Origin: Dehalococcoidia bacterium
GTDB lineage: Bacteria > Chloroflexota > Dehalococcoidia > Dehalococcoidales > RBG-16-60-22
Direction of reading: 5' to 3'
Assembly (NCBI GenBank): GCA_011192005.1
Contig: DUFB01000068.1
Coordinates: 1 to 54,189, forward strand
DNA: 54,189 bases
Positions 28,251-37,587 of this stretch are shown in pieces. The translations under genes were made by a program, and so were the position numbers. The first letter of the stretch is position 1. Each line of letters begins with the position of its first letter. Below the pieces are notes generated by a model. The model was not told where the DNA came from. It was given only the letters and a program-made list of their open reading frames with translations, and did not search any database.

Positions 28251-29933
28251 ATGAAACTAGCCGAAGAAGAATATAAAGCCCTGGAGGCAATAGTAGGTGC
28301 CGAGTATATCACCCGGGAACCGGTAATACTGGATACCTATAACCAGGTATGGGGAAATGTGTTCTTCTTCGATGAAAAACACTCGGTACGCCCCGCGGCA
28401 GTCCTGCTGCCCGCCAATACCGCGGAAATCTCGGAAGTAATCAAGGTATGCAACAAATACGGCATACTATTTAAACCGTTTTCGTCGGGTTTTGAATACC
28501 TGTCCCTTTCGCTGGCCAACACCAGGGGTATTCTACTCGACCTGAAAAGAATGAACCGGATACTGGAGATAGACGCTAAAAACATGAGGGCGGTCGTCGA
28601 GCCGTACGTCTCGGTGTACCGACTTCAACTTGAAGCCGCTAGACACGGGCTCTACACGGGCCGGATAGGCGTCGGCTACAGCGCCGGGGTGATTGCCGCC
28701 GAGTGCTGTCATCACGGTTGCCAGCACACCATGGTATTCACCAGCGGCTACGGGCGTAACACGCTGGGTGTAGAGTGGGTGCTGCCGACCGGCGAAATAT
28801 TGAATATGGGCTCGGGGGAGAGCGGGGGCGATTTATTCTCCGCCGACGGGCCGGGCTTTAGCCTGCGCGGTATCTTAAGAGGCAGGACCGGCGCCAACGG
28901 CGGGCACGGCGTGGTTACCAAAGCCAGCGTCAAGCTCTATCCCTGGTACGGGCCGCCGCAGTGGGAACAGACCAGGAAACCGGGCGAGCCGCCGTCTTTC
29001 GGGCAGCTGGAAAGAGTACCGGACGGCTATAGAGTCTTCGTGCCGAGCTTTAAAGACCTGGATGCCACCCTGGAGGTTTCGGAAGAACTCTGCCGCGCCG
29101 AAATCCTCTACGCCTTCGGCATCGGCATCATCGGCACCGCTCAGATGCAGGAAGGCAATGACGAGGAATGGGCAATGATACAGCAGATGATGCAGAAAGG
29201 TAACCAGAGCTTCGACCCTGCCAGCGGGATATCCGTAGCCAACTCGGTGGTATGCGTTATCGGCGGGCGGTCCGCCGGAGAACTGGAATACAAGGAGAAA
29301 TGCCTGCGGGTAATCACTGGGAAATATGGTGGCAGTTTTTCCGAGCAGTTCAACGAGCCGGGAGCGCTGGCACGGGCCTTCGCCGACATTATATGGTCGA
29401 ACGGTGTGAACCTGCGGGCCACCGGCGATTTCTTACCATCTTCTTCCAGTCCGGACGGCTCACCGGCCATGCTGAAAAAACTGGCTCTCGAGGAAGCCGA
29501 GGTGAAGAGGCGTTACGAAGAAAGCGGGGCGTTCCTCTCGATGGGTGGGGGCAGGATGGTATCCTGGCGACCGGAAGAGCACCTGTCCATCGGGGCGCAG
29601 GGCATATCGACCGCTCAGTACGACCCCTATGACCCGGCTTCGCTGGCAGCCGCGCGGGAATTCATCGATAAACTATTCGACCCCCGAAGTCCCTTCAACC
29701 GCTACGGCGTTCCCTCGCGGGGAGGCTGCCTCCAGATAGAGCCGGTTACCCATATCCACCAGAACTGGGGACGGTTGTATGATAACTACGACGTTTACCT
29801 GAGGAAGATAAAGAAGATGCTGGACCCCAATACCGTAGCCGACTGGACAGCCTTCATTCCCCCGGAATATCCGGATTACGCCAAAGACGGAGACTACGTG
29901 CTTCCTTCATACGGCAAAGAAGAAGAGATATAG
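28251..29933 (+). CDS. FAD-binding oxidoreductase (FAD_binding_4 family)
   Basis: PAAVLLP, LDLKRMNRILEID, VEP, GVEWVLPTGE, GVVTK, KKMLDPN. Confidence 0.87.
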   Translation: MKLAEEEYKALEAIVGAEYITREPVILDTYNQVWGNVFFFDEKHSVRPAAVLLPANTAEISEVIKVCNKYGILFKPFSSGFEYLSLSLANTRGILLDLKRMNRILEIDAKNMRAVVEPYVSVYRLQLEAARHGLYTGRIGVGYSAGVIAAECCHHGCQHTMVFTSGYGRNTLGVEWVLPTGEILNMGSGESGGDLFSADGPGFSLRGILRGRTGANGGHGVVTKASVKLYPWYGPPQWEQTRKPGEPPSFGQLERVPDGYRVFVPSFKDLDATLEVSEELCRAEILYAFGIGIIGTAQMQEGNDEEWAMIQQMMQKGNQSFDPASGISVANSVVCVIGGRSAGELEYKEKCLRVITGKYGGSFSEQFNEPGALARAFADIIWSNGVNLRATGDFLPSSSSPDGSPAMLKKLALEEAEVKRRYEESGAFLSMGGGRMVSWRPEEHLSIGAQGISTAQYDPYDPASLAAAREFIDKLFDPRSPFNRYGVPSRGGCLQIEPVTHIHQNWGRLYDNYDVYLRKIKKMLDPNTVADWTAFIPPEYPDYAKDGDYVLPSYGKEEEI

Positions 29934-29946
29934 GTATCAGGTAGTT

Positions 29947-31284
29947 TCACCAGTCTAATTCTTTACGTTCTTCAGCAGGAAGCTTCGGGATACGCACCAG
30001 ACAGCTTACCACCACGGCCATTACCGCCAGCACCAGGCCTGTGATAAAGGCATTGTTATAACTATGAGTGGTATCGAACACCCACCCGTAAAAAACCGGG
30101 GCGAGCATACCCAGCGGTGAAAGGACAGCCACCGTCGTACCGAGTATGGAACCGAAAGCCTTCCTCCCGAAATAACGTCCCAGGACGATAATTACAAGCG
30201 GTGTTACCGCGCCGGAACTCAGGCCGTGGCATGCCAGCAGGACATAGGCCGCCGGTATATTCTGAAATGCCAAATACGTACTCAGACCGATAACCTGGAA
30301 AAGGAAAGCCACTGTTAAGAGATATTGAATACGGTTCTTGGGGACACGGTCGGCTACCAGCCCGCCAAAAAACCTAGAAGGCACAGTGAAGAATATCATA
30401 AATCCCATCATGGCGCTGGCAGTTTCTTCGGTCAGGCCAGCGTCGGTTAAAAAGGGATGAATATGCAGATTGAAACCCCCGGAAACGATATTATGCACGC
30501 TGAAGGTAGCCAGCAACAGCCAGAATGTCGCGGTCTTGATTGCCTGCCTGAAAGTATACTCTATCTCCTCATAGCTGGAGGCATACCCGGCACCACGGGA
30601 TTCCATATCTACTTCTTCGCCTTCTTTTCGTTCGCCGATATCAGCGCCGTCCGGCAGCATCCCGTAGTGTTCGGGACGATGGGGTCGTACAAAAACATAA
30701 GCCAGGGGAATACTGGCTAGTATTATGATGCCGAAAAGAAAACAGGTGAACCGCCAGCCGGGTATTTCACCCTGCTGGAATATTTTCATCAGCGGTGTTA
30801 TAACCTGGACAACGATGATCCCCAGGATACTGATAGCGGCAAACTTGATACCCTGAGCCAGTCCCCGCCGGCGCATAAACCAGTCGTTGATGGTTTTATC
30901 AACAGCGACCGTCAGGCCTATATTGAGTCCTAGTCCTATCAAGGCACCCCAAGCAATGTAGTACTGCCAGGCTTCGGTGATAAAATTCATGATTATCATA
31001 CCGGCACCGGCTACTAAGATGCCGAATACAACAATCCATCTCGGGCCGAATTTATCCGAGAGCCAACCGACCAGCGGTGATGTAAAACCCCCTTCCAGCC
31101 GTCCGATACCGGGAGCCCACGAGGTAGCCGCCCGGTTAAGCCCCAGTTCAGCGGAAATCGGCAGAAAGAGCACGGAGATACCGTAGGTATTAAAGCCGTG
31201 ACCCACTCCGGATATCAGGCCGATAAAAGATACGGACCACCATCCGAAGAATATGCGGGAACGTGATTTTTTCTTTACCGACAA
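29947..31284 (-). CDS. MFS transporter
   Basis: About 12 TM segments; GWLSDKFGPR, GLVADRVP, YFGRKAFG. Confidence 0.92.
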   Translation of the reverse strand: MSVKKKSRSRIFFGWWSVSFIGLISGVGHGFNTYGISVLFLPISAELGLNRAATSWAPGIGRLEGGFTSPLVGWLSDKFGPRWIVVFGILVAGAGMIIMNFITEAWQYYIAWGALIGLGLNIGLTVAVDKTINDWFMRRRGLAQGIKFAAISILGIIVVQVITPLMKIFQQGEIPGWRFTCFLFGIIILASIPLAYVFVRPHRPEHYGMLPDGADIGERKEGEEVDMESRGAGYASSYEEIEYTFRQAIKTATFWLLLATFSVHNIVSGGFNLHIHPFLTDAGLTEETASAMMGFMIFFTVPSRFFGGLVADRVPKNRIQYLLTVAFLFQVIGLSTYLAFQNIPAAYVLLACHGLSSGAVTPLVIIVLGRYFGRKAFGSILGTTVAVLSPLGMLAPVFYGWVFDTTHSYNNAFITGLVLAVMAVVVSCLVRIPKLPAEERKELDW

Positions 31285-31342
31285 TACATCACCTCTAGTT
31301 CAGGACTGTTGTACATCGATTATGGGAGAGTATTCCAGGTCG

Positions 31343-31810
31343 TTAACCCCTGCAGAGGGCTCCAATATCCAGATTATTTTCCCAGGGACTGCGTGAAATA
31401 TGCATGACAACGAAGGTTCTCGTCCTGATAATCTCGGGAATACCGGCAATCTCATTTTTTACAAAATCGTCAAATTCCGAGGGACCATGAAAAAGAAAAA
31501 TACCGATAATATCCATGTCACCGGTACAGCCACAGAGATAGTAGACATTGGGGCATTTTACCAGGCGCTCTTCAACACTTTCGACGGTGCCCACCTTCGC
31601 CTCAATACCCATGATACACATGAAATCAAGTCCCAACTGCACGGGATTGGGAATGGCGCTTATTTTGATGGTATTGGTATTCAGCATTACCCTTACTCTG
31701 TTACGCACGGTTCCTTCCGAAACCCTGAGTTTTCTTCCTATCTCTCGATAACTCTGTCTGGCATCTGCCTGTAATTCCTGTACTATCTTCTGTCCGAGTT
31801 CATCAAGCAT
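31343..31810 (-). CDS. Lrp/AsnC family transcriptional regulator
   Basis: LDE..IVQELQADARQSYREIGRKLRVSEGTVRNRV, TGDMD, RTRT. Confidence 0.93.
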   Translation of the reverse strand: MLDELGQKIVQELQADARQSYREIGRKLRVSEGTVRNRVRVMLNTNTIKISAIPNPVQLGLDFMCIMGIEAKVGTVESVEERLVKCPNVYYLCGCTGDMDIIGIFLFHGPSEFDDFVKNEIAGIPEIIRTRTFVVMHISRSPWENNLDIGALCRG

Positions 31811-32174
31811 AAAGCACCTCCCATGGAAAAGAACGACGAGATATCTACCTTATAATATATGCAAATCCGTATCATAATGCAAATATAATACGATAATGCG
31901 TAATATATCGTTGATGTTTCACGTTTGAAATACTTTTTTCATTACATAAAGAGGATTTATCGTCACCCGCAAAATGCCAGGAAAGCTGCTGTCATTTACA
32001 CTATTTACACGTTGTTTATGTATTTTTAAAGGATATTTATGACTTATTAGCGATAAAAAAGGTAATCTGTAAATAGAATAAAGGTTATCAGCGGTAAATG
32101 ACTCCGTCCGGGATTGATGAACTCCGTTAAATACAAGCACCGGTCCAGGACGAATACCAGAAAGCAACATACCC

Positions 32175-33734
32175 ATGGAGATATTAATGAGACTCGGCAG
32201 GAAATTAAAAGAAAAGAAGATAGAAGATAAAGAAAGTAACCAGCCTCTTCAAGATGCGAAGAGTGAAAATTCATACGATACAGACGAAGAGGTGATAACC
32301 ATCGAACCAAACACGCTTCACCTTTGGAAGAACCCGAAGGCTGTGAAATTGGTCAGCTGGCTGTTAAGCCACAAAGACGCCCGGATAGACCCCGAAATCA
32401 ATTTGCAGAGCCGGGAAGGATACAACTACCGTACTGCCGACGATATCATGGAAACATCCGGCAAGACCACCTGGTCGATTCTGGAATCGCTGGCGGAAAA
32501 GAATGTCTTATTAAAAGACGACTTCGAGAGGATATTACTCACTCTCGACGGCTCTATTCAGCTAATCCCGGTGGAAAGGTGCCCCAATTGCGATTCTGCA
32601 CACCTGTCCCGCGGTAAAATGATCGAACACTTTGCCTGCGGACATGTCGGCTTTGAAGAAGACTTTGTATCGGGATTGAAGACGGTCTGTCCTAAATGCA
32701 AAAAGGAACTGAAGCTAATCGGCACAGACTACCGTAACCCGGGACTACGGTATACCTGCAAGAACTGCCAGGGAATCTTCCCGCTGCCGACGATTAAATA
32801 CCGCTGCCTGAAGACAGGAGAAATATACTCGCTGGAAGAACTGAACCATGTCTGGTTATATTCCTATCGCCTCAATGAAAACTGCCGCACACGACTAGAA
32901 TTCGAGCTGGAACCGAAAAAGAGGTTCGTGGACTATTTGTATAAACTGGGCTATAGCGTACAGGAGTCAATGAAACTCCAGGGAAAGTCCGGCGCCACCC
33001 ATACCATCGACCTGCTGGCGACGATGGACGACCCCATAGCCAGGCATACCGTGGCAATAGGCATACTTGCCGCCCCACAGGGTGAAGAGGCCGTAAATAT
33101 CGATTCCCTCTTCAGCCTGGATAGTAAGATTTACGATATAGGCATCAAACACAAGATTGTCCTGGCGGTGCCTAGGCTCGCGCCCGATGCGAAAAAATTC
33201 GCCGAAAGACAGGGCATCAGGGTTTACGGGCTGGAAGAACTGGGGGCTCTGTTATCAGGACAGACCGATGTTCCAACCCCGGCAAACCGGGAAACACAGG
33301 AAATTGCCGGAGAAAGCGAAATGGAGCCGGAATTATCCAAGCTCGGTCCCAAGGGTTTCCTGAAATATTTACTGGAGAAAAAGGGCTACATGGTCACCGA
33401 AAACGCCAGAGTTACCGGCAGGTCCGGAGTCGAACATACGCTGGAACTCTACGCCCAGAAAGATGACGGTATTACCTCACACCAGGTAGCAGCCTGCGTT
33501 ATACTCAGCGGGCACAACGACGGTAACGGGGTGAATGAAGTTGTCCAGTTTGATACCGCTGCCTATGATGCCGGGATAACTGATAAGGTAATCATTACCA
33601 TCCCCAGACTCAGTAAAGCCGCCAAGCAGTTTGCCGAATATCAACACATCAAAGTACTTGAGGCAAAAGACCTGATTGAGTTTTCCAATCAGTTCCTGGA
33701 TTCGAAGACGAATACAAACAACAAAGTAAAATAG
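32175..33734 (+). CDS. TackOD1-like multi-zinc-ribbon protein with two restriction-endonuclease-fold (Mrr-like) domains
   Basis: CPNC, HFACGH, CPKC, GTDY, CKNC; repeated G(K/R)SG..HT(I/L)(D/E)L ... P.L...A..FAE modules. Confidence 0.6.
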   Translation: MEILMRLGRKLKEKKIEDKESNQPLQDAKSENSYDTDEEVITIEPNTLHLWKNPKAVKLVSWLLSHKDARIDPEINLQSREGYNYRTADDIMETSGKTTWSILESLAEKNVLLKDDFERILLTLDGSIQLIPVERCPNCDSAHLSRGKMIEHFACGHVGFEEDFVSGLKTVCPKCKKELKLIGTDYRNPGLRYTCKNCQGIFPLPTIKYRCLKTGEIYSLEELNHVWLYSYRLNENCRTRLEFELEPKKRFVDYLYKLGYSVQESMKLQGKSGATHTIDLLATMDDPIARHTVAIGILAAPQGEEAVNIDSLFSLDSKIYDIGIKHKIVLAVPRLAPDAKKFAERQGIRVYGLEELGALLSGQTDVPTPANRETQEIAGESEMEPELSKLGPKGFLKYLLEKKGYMVTENARVTGRSGVEHTLELYAQKDDGITSHQVAACVILSGHNDGNGVNEVVQFDTAAYDAGITDKVIITIPRLSKAAKQFAEYQHIKVLEAKDLIEFSNQFLDSKTNTNNKVK

Positions 33735-33756
33735 CCAGAAAGCTTTATAAAGTATC

Positions 33757-35226
33757 ATGGTAAAAAGCAGTGTCATCGGCGCCCTCATGTTCATCCTGCT
33801 GACTCTTCTCGTATTAATAGTACCTTCCCGGCCGTCTTTACTCGCCTATGCTGCCGGCTCCTGTGCTGCACTGGTTATTATCATTCATTACATTTTCTCA
33901 GCACGTAACAGCAACAAAAAGACGGGAAAAGCGGCGTTGCTGATACCGATGATAAGTCTATCTTCTCTTTTCCTGCTTCTACCTTTTTTCTTTACAGCAA
34001 TTTTGTTTGTATGGGGGGCCCTTTCCTTTTTTACCTGGATGCTCGTGATCAGTCTTTGTATCGTCTTCTACATCAATTTTCTCTGTGTACCGCTGGCAAT
34101 ATACCAGAAACGACGTGAGATAAGACAAGCCGCTTCTCTTAATTACTTTCCATCCATTAGCATCCTGATTCCAGCCTACAACGAAGAAAAGGTATTGCGC
34201 CGGGCTATAGAGACTACCATCGAAACTGCCTACCCCGCTAAAAAAGAAATTATCGTTATTAATGACGGTTCTACTGATATGACCTACTCGATAGCACAGG
34301 AGTATATCAATAAAGGCGTAAAGGTAATACATCGACCCAACGGAGGCAAAGCCGTCGCGATAAACCACGGCCTTCGCTTCGCCCAGGGTGAAATTATCAT
34401 CATCGTTGATGCCGACAGCCTGGTGGGGAAGAATACACTGATAGATCTGGTGCAACCCCTGCGAGACCCGAATATCGCCGCTGTTGCGGGGAATATTAAA
34501 GTGCTGAATCGCACGAACTGGCTGACCAGATGCCAGGCTCTGGAATACATAGCGAGTATAAATGTCTACCGTCGCGCGCTGGACGTATTCGGCAGTGTTA
34601 CGGTAGTTCCCGGTGCTCTGGGCGCCTACCGACGTGAAGTGCTCGAAGGCAGCGGCCTCTATGATCCGGATACACTGGTAGAGGACTTTGACGTTACCAT
34701 GAAGACCCTCAAGACCGGAAAGGTGGTCCAGGCCAGTACAACGGCCATCGCCTATACCGAAGCTCCCCAGACTTTAAGAGACCTGATCAGGCAGAGGCTA
34801 AGGTGGTATCGGGGCAACTTCCAGGCATTATGGAAACACCGCGATGCTGCGTTCAATGCCAGATACGGCTTCCTGCAAAAGCTGGCGTTTCCTTTTATGA
34901 TAATATCAATGGTATTCACCCCTTTCGCCGGTATGATAACCATTCTCTCAGCCATCATGGTTATCGCCAGTGGCGGCGGAATGTTGCTGATACCCACTTT
35001 CTTATTCTTCTGCCTGCTACAATTCCTTTTTTCTTTGCTAGCGATAGAATTGGATCACGAAGACCTCAAACTTACTCTATATACACCACTTTTTATCTTC
35101 GGTTACAAACAACTGTGTGATTTCACAGTGCTAAAGGGAATGATCGACGTTATTTCACACCGCGGACTTAAGTGGACTAACGTCAGGAGAATCGGAACTA
35201 AAGTTTCTAAAAGCGCCCTGTCCTGA
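33757..35226 (+). CDS. Processive GT2 glycosyltransferase (IcaA/PgaC/cellulose-synthase-like)
   Basis: IPAYNEE, NDGSTD, GGKA, DAD, VED, QRLRW; TM segments at both ends. Confidence 0.9.
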   Translation: MVKSSVIGALMFILLTLLVLIVPSRPSLLAYAAGSCAALVIIIHYIFSARNSNKKTGKAALLIPMISLSSLFLLLPFFFTAILFVWGALSFFTWMLVISLCIVFYINFLCVPLAIYQKRREIRQAASLNYFPSISILIPAYNEEKVLRRAIETTIETAYPAKKEIIVINDGSTDMTYSIAQEYINKGVKVIHRPNGGKAVAINHGLRFAQGEIIIIVDADSLVGKNTLIDLVQPLRDPNIAAVAGNIKVLNRTNWLTRCQALEYIASINVYRRALDVFGSVTVVPGALGAYRREVLEGSGLYDPDTLVEDFDVTMKTLKTGKVVQASTTAIAYTEAPQTLRDLIRQRLRWYRGNFQALWKHRDAAFNARYGFLQKLAFPFMIISMVFTPFAGMITILSAIMVIASGGGMLLIPTFLFFCLLQFLFSLLAIELDHEDLKLTLYTPLFIFGYKQLCDFTVLKGMIDVISHRGLKWTNVRRIGTKVSKSALS

Positions 35227-35320
35227 AGATATCACCTCTTAAAGCCTTCCGAGTAGTGTGCGATAAAGACCAGAATAACAGTATATATCAGTTTTTTTAT
35301 GCCAAATCAGTCTGAATCTA

Positions 35321-36181
35321 TCAGTAAACGAAGCGCACCACCAGATACCCGATGAGCGATGTAAAAGCAATAGGCGGCAGTGCCGGCATTGGTTTACCCT
35401 TGAGCCAGATTAGCTGAATCAGGTATGCACTCATCAAGCCAGCCAGGGCAAATGCCCCTATTATAATCGCGCTGGGTAATCCCGTCTGGTAAAAGACAGA
35501 TACGGCCAGCATCAGAGGAAACCCGATATCACCCCCGCCTAGTATGGATTGCTCGCGTTCCTCTGATTTCTTCTCAGATAACTCACCAACTTTCACATCG
35601 TGTAGCTTAGCCGTCCAGTCCCGCAGTTTCTTGGGGAAAATAAAGGCGGGCAGACTCTCGGATTCGGAAAGACGGTCGGCCATCCAGACCATGAAGCCGA
35701 ACCTTACCGCGACGACGTCATAAACGGCGATAATCAGCATAAAAATCATGAACGTCAGGGGAGAAAACAGATAACCGAAAACCGAGCCGGCCCCGGCGAT
35801 GGTAACCAGCAGTAAAATATTGTGAAGCCATATTCTTGCCCAGAGCAGCCAGGCGATACCCCCGATAACCGCCAGGGTATAGGATGCCCACATAGGTAAA
35901 GAAAAGCCCGATATGATGAGCACGCCCCAGGCGAACATGAGAGCGAATAACACCCGGAAAACCAGGCGCAGTTTGCCGAGAGGTATAAAAAAGAGAATCA
36001 GCGCTATAACGATTACAACGCCGAAAAAATAGCCGATGATAGGCCCGATGGAGATGTCCGGTGAAACGAAACCCTGCTCCTCGAAATATGTCTCACCCTG
36101 CCGGGCATTAGCCAGCGCCAGGACCAGCGCCAGCACCATGACCAGGGCGCTCCAGAAAAGGGGACTCAGCTTAGATTTCAT
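35321..36181 (-). CDS. Presenilin/signal-peptide-peptidase-like intramembrane aspartyl protease
   Basis: Polytopic membrane protein with YD (IAVYD), GxGD (LGGGD) and PALP motifs in the canonical order. Confidence 0.88.
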   Translation of the reverse strand: MKSKLSPLFWSALVMVLALVLALANARQGETYFEEQGFVSPDISIGPIIGYFFGVVIVIALILFFIPLGKLRLVFRVLFALMFAWGVLIISGFSLPMWASYTLAVIGGIAWLLWARIWLHNILLLVTIAGAGSVFGYLFSPLTFMIFMLIIAVYDVVAVRFGFMVWMADRLSESESLPAFIFPKKLRDWTAKLHDVKVGELSEKKSEEREQSILGGGDIGFPLMLAVSVFYQTGLPSAIIIGAFALAGLMSAYLIQLIWLKGKPMPALPPIAFTSLIGYLVVRFVY

Positions 36182-36250
36182 GAATAAATAACGTCCGCGG
36201 GTTTCTCCCCATTATAGGTAAGGAGACCACACGAAAGCAACGCGGTATCC

Positions 36251-36279
36251 TTGACACGTAATAGGCACTATGCTAATTT
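36251..36279 (+). promoter_or_regulatory. Sigma70-type promoter of the GrdB-like gene
   Basis: TTGACA-N17-TAATTT with a TGn extension. Confidence 0.5.
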
Positions 36280-36340
36280 ACCTTTATAAATCCCCCTGAA
36301 ATAAATCACAAGCAACATTTAACACGAAGGGAGACGACAG

Positions 36341-37567
36341 ATGGTCCGCATGGAAGCTTTAAGTCCGGAAGAGCGAGAGTTGATGATAAGGCTCCCCACC
36401 CCCTCTTTTGACACCAACCCCTGGGTCACCGCTCCGCCTCTGGAAAAAGTCCGCCTGGCTATCATCACCACGGCCGGACTGCACACCCGGAACGACCGCC
36501 CTTTCCAGATTGACCCCAACGATTTCTACCGCGTTATACCGGGTGACGTTCAGGCTAACGACCTGGTGATGTCCCACCTGGCTGCCAGCTTCGACCGCAG
36601 CGGCTACCAGCGCGACTGGAACGTGGTCTTCCCCCTCGACCGGCTGCGGGAGATGGTATCTGAAGGTATTATCAGCAGCTTGGCATCTTTTCATTACTCG
36701 GTCAGCGCCGTGCACACCAAGGAAGAGTTCGATGCTCCGACGCGGGAAATCGCCCGTCTCCTGAAAAAGGATAACGTCAACGCCGCCCTGCTCTTACCCG
36801 TCTGACCGGGCTGTACGTCCGCCGTTGGCGTACTGGCTCATTATATCGAGGATGAGGGTGTAGCCACCACCGGTATCAGTCTTATCCGGCCCCACACGGA
36901 GGTTATCAAGCCGCCGCGGGCTCTCTGGGTGTCTTTCCAGCTCGGTCATCCCCTGGGCGCCCCGAACGACCCTGATTTTCAGAGAAAGGTATTGATAGCC
37001 ACTTTCGAGTTGTTCAAGGCACCCTCCGGACCGGTGCTGGAGGATTTCCCCGAAGATGAACCAGAGAACGATGAAATAACCATGCTGGCATGCCCGGTGA
37101 ACTTCGCCCGTAATATAGATAGCAGTAGAGAGACCGACGCGAAGAAGGTAGCCTTCCGGAGAGAAATGACCGCGATGCGTCCGTGGTACGATATGGCCGT
37201 CACCAAAAGAAAACGCACCACCGTGGGCGCCAGCTGTATCGACATCGAAAAGCTGGGCGACTTTATCTACGCCTTCCTGGAGGGTAACGAACCGGAGAAC
37301 CCCCGCAATGACGTACCCCTTTCGAATACGCTGAAACTGGCCGTCGAAGACCTGAAGTCATACTACATCGAAGGGATTACGGCACAGCCGGGCCAGGAAG
37401 ATGCCTCAAGCAAGTTGCTCCAGAACTGGTTCTGGGACGAGACGGTTGGCGGCAAAATCCTTCTGGATTTAAAGAAAGTATGCGAGGCAAGTCCGGATAA
37501 AATGATGAGCTTGATCGGCAGTCATTTTATCGTCCCCGGGGATGTCGCTCGACGGCAGACCGCCTGA
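36341..37567 (+). CDS. GrdB/PrdB-like reductase selenoprotein B family protein with C-terminal extension (UGA 36803-36805 read as Sec155)
   Basis: RLAIITTAGLH, DWNVVFPLDRLRE, LLLPV-UGA-PGC (UxxC). Continues in frame through IEDEGVATT..KPPRALWVSFQLGHPLG into ORF 36929-37567; 408 aa in total. Confidence 0.85.
36808..36839 (+). promoter_or_regulatory. Candidate SECIS hairpin
   Basis: GTACGTC-CGCCGTT-GGCGTAC stem with a GGGC/GCTC lower stem, just 3' of the UGA. Confidence 0.45.
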
Positions 37568-37587
37568 GGAAAAAGTTTATTCGGGTA

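Noticed and set aside
32175-33734. Restriction or anti-phage defence system
   Set aside because: Catalytic motifs look degenerate, and there is no DNA methyltransferase or other defence gene nearby.
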